From Acidobacteriota bacterium (GTDB lineage Bacteria; Actinomycetota; Thermoleophilia; Solirubrobacterales; 70-9): a stretch of DNA of 64,000 nt. Made by a program: the position numbers and the translations under genes. The notes under the pieces were generated by a model. The model saw only the letters and a program-made list of their open reading frames with translations. It made no database searches and was not told where the DNA came from. Within the stretch, counting starts at the first letter, position 1; every line of letters begins with the position of its first letter. The DNA lies in the NCBI GenBank assembly GCA_032122625.1, contig JAQBGG010000004.1, positions 47,702-111,701 of the forward strand, given 5' to 3'. Below are positions 21,414 through 29,945 of this stretch, in pieces.

Positions 21414-23687
21414 ATGAGTATGTTTGACGTGAGCCGCGTCTCTGTGGAGATTGGCGGCGAGGAAATCTCGTTCGAAACCGGCAAGTTTGCCCGGCAGGCG
21501 AGTGGCGCGGTTGTCGTCCGCAGCGGGGACACGATGGTCCTCGGCACGGCCACCAAAGGACGCCTCAAGGACTTTGACTTCCTACCCCTGACCGTTGACG
21601 TCGAGGAGCGCCACTACGCGGTCGGCAAGATCCCCGGCTCCTACTTCAGGCGCGAGGCTCGCGCCGGCGAGAAGGCGACGCTCACGTGCCGCATGATCGA
21701 CCGGCCGCTGCGCCCGCTCTTCCCCAAGGGCTGGAAGTACGAGACCCAATTGGTCTCGACGCCGATGTCGGTGGACCACGTCCACCCGTACGACATCCTG
21801 GCGATGAACGGCGCCTCCGCTGCGCTCGCCGTCTCCGACATCCCGGTCGCCGAGTACGTCGGCGCCGTGCGCGTCGGCAAGGTTGACGGTGACTTCGTCG
21901 TCAACCCCTCCGAGGAGTTGCACCAGGAGATGGAGATGGATCTGATCGTCTCCGGCTCCAAGGACGCGATCCTGATGGTCGAGTGTGGCGCCGACGGCGT
22001 CAGCGAGGCCGACGTTCTCGACGCCCTCGACATCGCCCACAGCGAGATCAAGAAGCTGATCGGCGCGATGGAGGAGCTGGCTGAGAAGGCCGGCAAGGAA
22101 AAGGTCGAGGTCGAGGCCCCGGTCACCGACGAGTCGCTGATCGCCAAGATCAACGACGGCTTCGGAGCCAAGCTGGAAGAGGCCACGCAGGTCAAGGACA
22201 AGCTCGATCGCGAGGACGCGATCGACGCCGTCAAGGACGAGGTCAAGGCCGAGCTCGCTCCCGAGAGTGGTGACGAGGACGCCGACGCGGCGCTCGGCGC
22301 CGAGGTCTCGCGCCACTTCGGCATCGTCGAGAAGGAGATGATCCGCAAGCACATCGCCGTGGACAAGAAGCGTCCCGACGGTCGCGCTCAGGATGAGATC
22401 CGCCCGATCGAGACCGAGGTCGACATCGCCCCCCGTGTGCACGGCTCAGCGCTGTTTACCCGTGGCGAGACGCAGATTCTCTCCAACGTCGCTCTGGGCA
22501 CGACCCGGATGGACATGCGGCTCGACAACCTCGGGCTGCAGGAGAAGAAGACCTTCCTGCACCACTACAACTTCCCGCCCTACTCGGTCGGCGAGGCTGG
22601 GTTCATGCGGGGTCCGAAGCGCCGGGACATCGGCCACGGAGCGCTCGCCGAGCGGGCGCTGCTGCCGACGATTCCCGACCAGGACGATTTCCCGTACGTG
22701 ACGCGGGTCGTCTCCGAGACGCTGGAGTCAAACGGCTCCTCGTCGATGGGATCGGTCTGCGCGTCCTCGATGGCCCTGCAGGCGGCCGGCGTACCGGTCT
22801 CCGCACCGGTCGCGGGTGTCGCCATGGGCCTGATCAAGGAGGGCGATGACTACATCGTCCTCACCGACATCGCTGGAGTCGAGGATCACCTCGGTGACAT
22901 GGACTTCAAGGTGGCCGGGACCAAGGACGGGATCACCGCCCTGCAGATGGACATCAAGATCACCGGTGTGACCTTCGAGATCCTCAAGGATGCGCTCGAT
23001 CAGGCCAACGAGGGTCGTCAGTTCATCCTCGGCAAGATGGCCGAGTCGATCGACGGCCCGCGCGATCAGGTCAGTCCGACCGCTCCGCGGATCGAGTCGA
23101 TCAAGATCGACCCGGAGAAGATCGGCGCGGTGATCGGCAAGGGTGGCGAGACGATTCGCAGTCTCTGCGAGACCTACGAGGCCGAGATCGACGTCGAGGA
23201 CGACGGCACGGTCCGCGTCTACGCGGCCAACGGCGAGCTCGTCGAGGCCTGCGTCAAGGAGATCGAGATGATGACCCGCGAGGCGGAGGTCGGTGACAAG
23301 TTCACCGGCAAGGTCGTCAAGACGACCACCTTCGGTGCATTCATCGAGTTGGTCAAGGGCACCGACGGTCTGCTGCACATCAGCAACGTCAAGCCGGGCG
23401 AGCGTGTCGACACCGTCGACGATGTGATCAGCTCGGGCGACGAGATCGAGGTGACCGTGGTCGAGGTCGATCGTGAGCGCGGCCGGATCGGCCTGCGGCT
23501 CTCAGACGATCCGTCGATCGCCGGCAAGTCCGCTGAGGATCTGAGCAACATGGGCACCGGAGGAGACTCCGGCGGCCGTGGCGGCCGGGACCGGGGCGAG
23601 CGTGGCGGCCGGGACCGTGACCGCGGTGGCCGAGGTGGCCGCGACCGCGATCGCGGTGGCAGCCGCGAGCGCCGATCGCGCGACTAG
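21414..23687 (+). CDS. pnp: polyribonucleotide nucleotidyltransferase (PNPase) with RGG/RD-repeat tail
   Basis: 757 aa with two RNase PH domains (RPDGR, MDFKVAGT), a KH domain (GKGGETIR) and an S1 domain (GKVVKTTTFGAFIEL). The C-terminal 45 aa are Gly/Arg/Asp repeats. Confidence 0.96.
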   Translation: MSMFDVSRVSVEIGGEEISFETGKFARQASGAVVVRSGDTMVLGTATKGRLKDFDFLPLTVDVEERHYAVGKIPGSYFRREARAGEKATLTCRMIDRPLRPLFPKGWKYETQLVSTPMSVDHVHPYDILAMNGASAALAVSDIPVAEYVGAVRVGKVDGDFVVNPSEELHQEMEMDLIVSGSKDAILMVECGADGVSEADVLDALDIAHSEIKKLIGAMEELAEKAGKEKVEVEAPVTDESLIAKINDGFGAKLEEATQVKDKLDREDAIDAVKDEVKAELAPESGDEDADAALGAEVSRHFGIVEKEMIRKHIAVDKKRPDGRAQDEIRPIETEVDIAPRVHGSALFTRGETQILSNVALGTTRMDMRLDNLGLQEKKTFLHHYNFPPYSVGEAGFMRGPKRRDIGHGALAERALLPTIPDQDDFPYVTRVVSETLESNGSSSMGSVCASSMALQAAGVPVSAPVAGVAMGLIKEGDDYIVLTDIAGVEDHLGDMDFKVAGTKDGITALQMDIKITGVTFEILKDALDQANEGRQFILGKMAESIDGPRDQVSPTAPRIESIKIDPEKIGAVIGKGGETIRSLCETYEAEIDVEDDGTVRVYAANGELVEACVKEIEMMTREAEVGDKFTGKVVKTTTFGAFIELVKGTDGLLHISNVKPGERVDTVDDVISSGDEIEVTVVEVDRERGRIGLRLSDDPSIAGKSAEDLSNMGTGGDSGGRGGRDRGERGGRDRDRGGRGGRDRDRGGSRERRSRD

Positions 23688-23714
23688 ATCCCGCGCGCAG
23701 GAGCACCAGCCGAG

Positions 23715-24998
23715 TTGACCACACTCCCGGACGGCATCGAGCTGACTGAGTTGGAGGACGGCCTGCAGGTCGTCACCGAGGTCGTACCCTCGGTCCGCTC
23801 GGTCACGCTCGGGCTCTGGGTCCGGACAGGTTCAAGGGACGAGACCCCGGCGCAAGCCGGGGTCTCTCACTTTCTCGAGCACCTGCTCTTCAAGGGAACC
23901 GAGCGCCACTCGGCGATCGAGCTTTCCGAGTACTTCGACGGCCTCGGCGCCGCGACCAACGCGGCGACCGGGAAGGAGACGACGCACCTCTACTCGCGCT
24001 TTGTCGATGAGCACACCGAGGGCGCCTTCGACGTGCTCGCCGAGATGTTCCTGCAGCCGACATTCCCCGAGATCGACTCCGAGCGCCAGGTCGTGATCGA
24101 GGAGATCGCGATGTATGAGGACGAGCCCTCCGATCGGGTCCACGACGTTCTCGCCAGTGCGGTTTTCGGCGACCATCCCCTCGGTCGCCGGGTGCTCGGC
24201 AGCGCCGAGGTGATCGCCGAGGTCCCGATCCCTGAGATCTCGAGGTATCACCAGGCTCGCTACGTCGGCTCCAACATCGTCGTCTCCGCCGCCGGCAGCC
24301 TCGAACACGAGCGCATCGTCGAGCTCGCAGGGCGCTACCTGAATCCACCGGTCAGTGCCGCCGCTCCCCCCGATCTTTCCGAGCCGGCCGACGAGCCGAG
24401 CCTGATCTTCTATCCGAAGGAGACCGAGCAGTACCACATCTGCTTCGGCGCTCCCGGAATCGCCCGTAACGATGAGCGCCGCTGGACGCTGGGGGCGCTC
24501 GATGCGATCTTCGGCGGGGCGACATCCTCGCGACTGTTCCGTGAGATCCGCGAAACTCGCGGGCTCGCCTACTCGGTCGGCTCCTACAGCGATCAGTACC
24601 TGGAGCGAGGGATGGTCGCGATGTACGTCGGTACCCGCGAGGAGAACGTCGCCGAGGCCTGCGAGATCATCGGCCGCGAGCTCGAGCTGCTGCGGGCTGA
24701 GGGAGTCGGCGCCGAGGAGCTCGCTCGGGCCAAGGAACACATAAAGGGCCGGACCGTGCTCGCGCTCGAGTCGACGCCCGGGCGGATGAGCCGCAACGCC
24801 CGCTCGGCCCTCTTCGCCCTGCCCTTCCTCAGCATCGACGAGATCATCGCCAAGGTCGATGCGATCACCGCTGAGGATGTGATCGAGCTCGCGCGTGAGC
24901 TCTACGCTCCCGAGCGACTCTCGGCCGCTTGCATAGGCCCTGATGCGGCCCGCTTCCGCGACGCCGTCACCCCGGTCAGCGCAGCCCTCGCAGCCTGA
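23715..24998 (+). CDS. M16-family zinc peptidase (PepR-like)
   Basis: GVSHFLEHLLFKGT carries the inverted HxxEH zinc motif. 427 aa. It sits in the conserved actinobacterial position after pnp. Confidence 0.85.
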   Translation: MTTLPDGIELTELEDGLQVVTEVVPSVRSVTLGLWVRTGSRDETPAQAGVSHFLEHLLFKGTERHSAIELSEYFDGLGAATNAATGKETTHLYSRFVDEHTEGAFDVLAEMFLQPTFPEIDSERQVVIEEIAMYEDEPSDRVHDVLASAVFGDHPLGRRVLGSAEVIAEVPIPEISRYHQARYVGSNIVVSAAGSLEHERIVELAGRYLNPPVSAAAPPDLSEPADEPSLIFYPKETEQYHICFGAPGIARNDERRWTLGALDAIFGGATSSRLFREIRETRGLAYSVGSYSDQYLERGMVAMYVGTREENVAEACEIIGRELELLRAEGVGAEELARAKEHIKGRTVLALESTPGRMSRNARSALFALPFLSIDEIIAKVDAITAEDVIELARELYAPERLSAACIGPDAARFRDAVTPVSAALAA

Positions 24999-25040
24999 CC
25001 GGGCCCCGGCTGGCTCGCTGGCCCGCAGCCGCCCCGGCTT

Positions 25041-25162
25041 CACTCGCCTCGTCCCGGACGCCGCCGTGAGGCGAGTGTCAAGAACCCCCTGATAGTCAGG
25101 GGAAAGTCGACACTCGCGGGAATGCGCGATCAGCACCACCGCATCGGAAGGATTCGGTGGTG
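25041..25162 (+). promoter_or_regulatory. candidate structured leader with mutually exclusive helices upstream of dapB
   Basis: 25068-25077 pairs perfectly with 25041-25050 (10 bp). Alternatively 25071-25079 pairs with 25109-25117 (9 bp), enclosing the 25086-25102 hairpin. An 8-bp hairpin lies at 25134-25162. The function is unproven. Confidence 0.3.
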
Positions 25163-25287
25163 GCCGCCGAAGAGCGAAGGAGGCTGCCGATGCAGATCGC
25201 GCCTCGGCGCCGGCGAGGCAGAGCATCTGCGCACCGGGTTTGGGCCGTTTGGCGGCTGCCGGGGGGCGGCCCGCGTAAGCTGCCCGC

Positions 25288-25980
25288 ATGGCCGATGCGA
25301 TCAGAGTCGCCGTCGCCGGCGCGGCGGGGCGTATGGGTGCGACCGTCTGCGAGGCGGTGGAGGCGGCAGAGGGGCTGGAGCTGACCGGCAGGGCCGACCC
25401 GGCTCTGGGCGTCGAGCTCGGCGAGGTGCTCGACGATGCCGATGTCGTCGTCGACTTCACGATCCCCGATCAGGCGCTGCCGAACGCCCACAAGTGCCTG
25501 CACTCGGGGACCAGCGTCGTCGTTGGCACGACGGGCTTCGACCTCGAGAAGCTGCGCAAGTGCGCCACCGACCACTGGGACGGGGGAGAGGGGGGCCGGG
25601 CCTTCGTCGCCCCGAACTTCGCAATCGGCGCCGTTCTGATGATGAAGGCCGCGCAGATGATCGCTCCACACATGCCCGAGGCCGAGATCATCGAACTGCA
25701 CCACGACAAGAAGTTGGACAAGCCGTCGGGCACCGCGGCGCGCACGGCGGAGCTAATCGAGGCCGCGGGCGGCAATGTCCACGAGCCAATCCACTCGGTC
25801 CGCCTGCAGGGCTTCGTCGCCCATCAGGAAGTGATCTTCGGCGGCGAGGGCCAGACGCTCTCGATCCGTCACGACTCGATCGACCGCAACTCGTTCATGC
25901 CCGGCGTGGTCCTTGCCTGCCGCACGGTCGGCACGCTGCCCGAGCCACTCACGGTGGGGCTCGAGGCTCTGCTCGGCTAG
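25288..25980 (+). CDS. dapB: 4-hydroxy-tetrahydrodipicolinate reductase
   Basis: IRVAVAGAAGRMG (NAD-binding), VVGTTGF, APNFAIGAVL and ELHHDKKLDKPSGTA. The in-frame TAA at 25276 fixes the start. Confidence 0.9.
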   Translation: MADAIRVAVAGAAGRMGATVCEAVEAAEGLELTGRADPALGVELGEVLDDADVVVDFTIPDQALPNAHKCLHSGTSVVVGTTGFDLEKLRKCATDHWDGGEGGRAFVAPNFAIGAVLMMKAAQMIAPHMPEAEIIELHHDKKLDKPSGTAARTAELIEAAGGNVHEPIHSVRLQGFVAHQEVIFGGEGQTLSIRHDSIDRNSFMPGVVLACRTVGTLPEPLTVGLEALLG

Positions 25981-26039
25981 ATCAGATCGCCAGTTGGGCG
26001 GTTAGGGCGCGGTTAGGGCGCCGATCTAGCCTTTAGGCC

Positions 26040-27161
26040 GTGAATCACGGACCAACTGCCAACCCGCGCTGGGCTTCGGCGCGAAATTTGCTGCTGCTTT
26101 CGGCGGCCGCCTTGGTCGCCTTCCTGGTGGTCTACCTGCTCGCGGTGCAGACCGAGCTCGGACAGCGCGCGGACGAGGCCGCGTTGACCGGCAGCCAGCA
26201 GGCCCCGGAGCGGGCTCAGGACGCAGCCGACAAGCTCCTGAAGGTGGTCAGTATCGGCTCGCTGCTTGCCGCGACCGCATTCCTCAGCGCCCTCGCCTGG
26301 CTGCGCCGCCGCCCGGGGCTGCTGCTGATCCCGGCAGCGGTGATCGGCCTCAGCCTGATCGCAACCGAGGCCTTCAAGCTGGTGATCTTCGAGCGCCCGG
26401 ACCTGGTCGTCGACCCGGGTCTGGTGGGAAACAGCTACCCCAGCGGGCACACGACCGTCGCTGTCGCGATCGGGCTGGCGGCGGTGCTGATCGCCCCGCC
26501 CCGCCTGCGCACGCCCGTCGCCTTCGGGGCGGCGTCTGTAGCCGCGCTCGCCGGCGTCTTCGTGGTCACCGCCGACTGGCACCGGCCCAGCGATCCAATC
26601 GGCTCCTACCTGCTGACCCTCTCGGTCGCCGCTGCCTGCATGGCCGCACTGCGGCTCTGGCTCCCGGCCCGTGCGACGCGTAGCCACAGCCTGCCGCAGG
26701 CCCGGGCCGACGCGGCCAGGCTCGAGCTGACAGCGATGTTCGCCGGCGCAGCCCTGTTCGTTGGCGCGCTGATCCTCGCCTCGCTGCGCTACGGAGCCGA
26801 GGTCGACTGGAACCGCTTCCACGCCGCCTTCCTGCTCGGGTCGGCCGTCACGGTGGTCACCGCCGGGGTTGTCACCGCAGCGCTGCTGCGTGCTCTCGGC
26901 GCCGGGGCTGCAGGCAACCCACGGCAATCTCGGTTAGCGTCCCGGCCGCCCAGCCAGGAGCGGCACGAATCTGCCGCCGACACAAGATCGATTCAAGAGC
27001 GGAGAGCGGATGAGCGAGGAGCTTTCGAGGATGGACGCGACGGCGATGGCCGAGCTGGTCGGCTCGGGGGAGGCCAGCCCATCGGAGCTGGTAGAGGCGG
27101 CGATCGAACGCGTCGAACAGGTGAACGGCGAGCTCAACGCCGTGATCCACCCGCTCTTTGA
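26040..27161 (+). CDS. polytopic membrane protein, divergent PAP2-like phosphatase
   Basis: About 6 hydrophobic helices. Motifs are KLVIFERP, YPSGHT and DWHRPSD (a degenerate PAP2 C1-C3 pattern). The stop does not occur until 27161, giving a 152-nt out-of-frame overlap with the amidase start. Confidence 0.55.
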   Translation: MNHGPTANPRWASARNLLLLSAAALVAFLVVYLLAVQTELGQRADEAALTGSQQAPERAQDAADKLLKVVSIGSLLAATAFLSALAWLRRRPGLLLIPAAVIGLSLIATEAFKLVIFERPDLVVDPGLVGNSYPSGHTTVAVAIGLAAVLIAPPRLRTPVAFGAASVAALAGVFVVTADWHRPSDPIGSYLLTLSVAAACMAALRLWLPARATRSHSLPQARADAARLELTAMFAGAALFVGALILASLRYGAEVDWNRFHAAFLLGSAVTVVTAGVVTAALLRALGAGAAGNPRQSRLASRPPSQERHESAADTRSIQERRADERGAFEDGRDGDGRAGRLGGGQPIGAGRGGDRTRRTGERRAQRRDPPAL

Positions 27162-28470
27162 CGAGGCCCGCGAGGCCGCCAAGGGCGAGATCCCCGACGG
27201 CCCCTTCAAGGGTGTTCCCTTCCTGCTCAAGGACCTCGGCGCCGCCTTCGCCGGCCAGCCGCTGCACATGGGCATGCAGGTCCTCAAGGACGCCGACTTC
27301 AAGGCGCCGATGGATACCTACCTGGCGCAGCGCTTCCGCGATGCCGGCCTGATCACGATCGGTAAGACCAACACTCCCGAGCTCGGCATCCTGCCGACGA
27401 CCGAGCCGGTCGCCTACGGCGCTTCGAAGAACCCCTGGGACACGACCCGCAGCCCCGGCGGTTCCTCCGGCGGCGCGGGCACCGCGGTCGCCTCCGGCAT
27501 GGTCCCGATGGCGCACGCCAACGACGGCGGCGGCTCGATCAGGATTCCGGCTTCCAACAACGGCCTCGTGGGCCTGAAGCCGACCCGGCAGAGAATCAGC
27601 GAGGGGCCGCTTGTCGGCGACAACCTCTCAGGCCTCACCTGCGAGCTGGTTGTCTCGCGCTCGGTCCGGGACACGGCGCGGATTCTCGATGCCGTCGAGG
27701 GCCCGGCCCCTGGCGATCCCTACGTGGCGCCGGAGCCGCTGCGGCCCTACGTCGAGGAACTGACCGACGAGAGCACCGGCCTGCGGGTCGGGCTGATGAC
27801 TGCCCCCGCGGTTGAGTCCGAGGTCGCGGCTGAATGCGTCGCCGCTGCCGAGGAGACCGCGAAGTTGCTCGAGTCCCTTGGCCACAAGCTGACCGGCAGC
27901 TCGCCGATGGACGTGCTCGGCAGCGGCGACGCCGGCGTCGATATCCAGGACAGCTTCTTGACCCGCTGGGCCGCCGGGCAGGCCGCTGGGCTCGATCAGA
28001 TCGGGATGCTGCTCGGCCGCGAGCTGACCGGCGAAGACGTCGAGCCGCTGACCTGGACGCTGGCTGCGATCGGCCGCGAGCGCGACTCGGCCCGCTATTT
28101 GCGTGATGTCGCCCTGCATCAGGGGATCAGCCGGGCGATCGCCGGCTGGTTCGAGGCCGGACACGACCTGCTGCTGACCCCGACGATGGCCGAGGTGGCG
28201 CCGAAGCTGGGCGAGATCGATGACACGCTGACCGACGATCCGATGGACGCCTTCCACCGTTCGTTCCCCTCCGGCGCGTTCACGGCGCTGTTCAACGTCA
28301 CCGGCCAGCCGGCGATTTCGCTGCCGCTGCATTGGAGCTCCGAGGACGTCCCCGTCGGCGTCCAGTTGGTCGCGCCCTTTGGTCGCGAGGATCTGCTGAT
28401 CAGGGTCGCAGCCCAGCTCGAGCGGGCGCAGCCCTGGGCCGACCGCGTGGCCGCCGTCTACGCCGGCTGA
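27010..28470 (+). CDS. amidase-signature family amidase
   Basis: MDATAMAELVGSGEASPSELVEAAIERV, GKTNTPELG, GGSSGGAGTAVASG and GGSIRIPAS. 486 aa. The start could be Met8 at 27031. Confidence 0.87.
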   Translation: MSEELSRMDATAMAELVGSGEASPSELVEAAIERVEQVNGELNAVIHPLFDEAREAAKGEIPDGPFKGVPFLLKDLGAAFAGQPLHMGMQVLKDADFKAPMDTYLAQRFRDAGLITIGKTNTPELGILPTTEPVAYGASKNPWDTTRSPGGSSGGAGTAVASGMVPMAHANDGGGSIRIPASNNGLVGLKPTRQRISEGPLVGDNLSGLTCELVVSRSVRDTARILDAVEGPAPGDPYVAPEPLRPYVEELTDESTGLRVGLMTAPAVESEVAAECVAAAEETAKLLESLGHKLTGSSPMDVLGSGDAGVDIQDSFLTRWAAGQAAGLDQIGMLLGRELTGEDVEPLTWTLAAIGRERDSARYLRDVALHQGISRAIAGWFEAGHDLLLTPTMAEVAPKLGEIDDTLTDDPMDAFHRSFPSGAFTALFNVTGQPAISLPLHWSSEDVPVGVQLVAPFGREDLLIRVAAQLERAQPWADRVAAVYAG

Positions 28471-28557
28471 GAAGGCGAGACATCGGGCTTGCGAACCACC
28501 CGCAGGGGAGTATGGTCGGTGGGCAACAACCATCGAGGGCAGGGATAGGAGCCAGCG

Positions 28558-28989
28558 ATGTTCACCGATCCCAAAGAGCTCGGCGCGCGCTTTTACGACG
28601 AGGTCGTAAACCAGCAGAAGTACGAGTTGATTGATGAGTTGGTCGACGAGAACTTCGTCGAGCATGAGGAGTTCCCGGGTACCAGCCAGGATCGCGACGG
28701 CGTTGGCCAGTTCTTCCGGCTGTTCCGTGCGGCGTTCCCGGATATGCATTGCACGGTCGACCGGATGATCGCCGAGGGCGACATTGTCGTTACTCAGACG
28801 ACGACCCGGGGCACCCACGAGGGTGAGCTGTTGGGTGTTCCACCTACGGGTAACAAGGTCGAGTTCAGCGCGATCGACATCGTCCGAGTCGCGAACGACA
28901 AGGCCGTCGAGCACTGGGGCGTCACCGACACAATGGCGCTGATGGAGCAGATCGGGGCCCTCGCGGGCGAGGGAGCCGCCAGCGCCTAG
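28558..28989 (+). CDS. SnoaL-like / ester-cyclase family protein
   Basis: 143 aa showing the NTF2-like pattern: YDEVVNQ..ELVDENFVEH..FRAAFPDMHCTVDRMIAEGDIVV..GTHEGELLGVPPTGNKV..DKAVEHW. Confidence 0.7.
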   Translation: MFTDPKELGARFYDEVVNQQKYELIDELVDENFVEHEEFPGTSQDRDGVGQFFRLFRAAFPDMHCTVDRMIAEGDIVVTQTTTRGTHEGELLGVPPTGNKVEFSAIDIVRVANDKAVEHWGVTDTMALMEQIGALAGEGAASA

Positions 28990-29000
28990 GCCCGAGAGGT

Positions 29001-29027
29001 GCGGGCCCCGGAGGGCGCGGGGCCCGC
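29001..29027 (+). terminator. GC hairpin after the SnoaL-like gene (no U-tract)
   Basis: GCGGGCCCCG-GAGGGCG-CGGGGCCCGC forms a 10-bp perfect stem with a 7-nt loop, 12 nt after the stop. Confidence 0.3.
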
Positions 29028-29075
29028 GGCCGCCCAGCGGCGGGCGGGCGGGGCTGTTCATCTAGGCTTGCGCCG

Positions 29076-29945
29076 ATGTCCATGTTCGCTGGTGTGATCA
29101 CTGCGATGGTCACCCCGTTCGGCGAGGACGGGGGCGTTGACCTGCCCGGATGCCGGCGCCTGGCTCGCCACCTGCTCGAGAACGGATCCGACGGCCTCGT
29201 GCTCAGCGGCACGACGGGAGAGTCGCCTACGCTCGACGACGATGAGAAGCTGGCGATCCTGGGGGCTGTCCGCGAGGAGCTCGGCCCGCAGGCACAGCTG
29301 ATCGTCGGCTCCGGTTCGAACGACACCCGCCACTCGGTCGAACTGACCCGGAGGGTGACCGCCGCCGGCGCCGACGCGGTCCTGATCGTCACGCCCTACT
29401 ACAACAAGCCGAACCCGGCCGGTATCCGTGCCCATTTCGAGGCCTGCGCCGAGGCCACCGAGCTACCGCTCGTGATCTACAACATCCCCTCGCGCTGCGT
29501 GATCAACATCCCGCCGCACGATCTCGCCGAGCTTGCCAAGATCGACAACGTGGCCGCGGTCAAACAAGCCAACGACGCCGACCTCGGCCCGATCGAGGGG
29601 CTCGAGGTGCTCGCCGGCAACGACAACGTGCTGCTCCGCTGCCTGCAGGGCGGCGGCACCGGTGGAATCCTCGTTGCCTCACATCTGGTCGGCGAGCGCA
29701 TGCGGGAGATCTGTGACGCAGCCGAGGCCGGTGACCTCGACCGGGCCCGGGCGCTCGACGACGATCTGCAGCCGCTCTATGAGGACCTCAGCGTGACCAG
29801 CAATCCGATCCCGGTGAAGACGGCGCTGGCGATGCTCGGCCTCTGCTCGGAGCGGATGCGTCTGCCGATGGTCCCGGCGAGTGACGAGCAGCGGCAGACG
29901 ATTCGCGCCGCGCTCGACCGACACGGACTGACGGCCGTCGCGTGA
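29076..29945 (+). CDS. dapA: 4-hydroxy-tetrahydrodipicolinate synthase
   Basis: GVITAMVTPF, LSGTTGESPTL, TPYYNKP and YNIPSR. 289 aa. It overlaps the rnj start. Confidence 0.92.
   Translation: MSMFAGVITAMVTPFGEDGGVDLPGCRRLARHLLENGSDGLVLSGTTGESPTLDDDEKLAILGAVREELGPQAQLIVGSGSNDTRHSVELTRRVTAAGADAVLIVTPYYNKPNPAGIRAHFEACAEATELPLVIYNIPSRCVINIPPHDLAELAKIDNVAAVKQANDADLGPIEGLEVLAGNDNVLLRCLQGGGTGGILVASHLVGERMREICDAAEAGDLDRARALDDDLQPLYEDLSVTSNPIPVKTALAMLGLCSERMRLPMVPASDEQRQTIRAALDRHGLTAVA

Noticed and set aside
25066-25192. Calling the dapB leader a bona fide lysine (L-box) riboswitch
   Set aside because: Only short motif resemblances are present (GAGGCG, GCCGAAG). I could not reconstruct the five-helix L-box architecture or its length by eye. 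It is kept as a hypothesis in the findings, not as an annotation.
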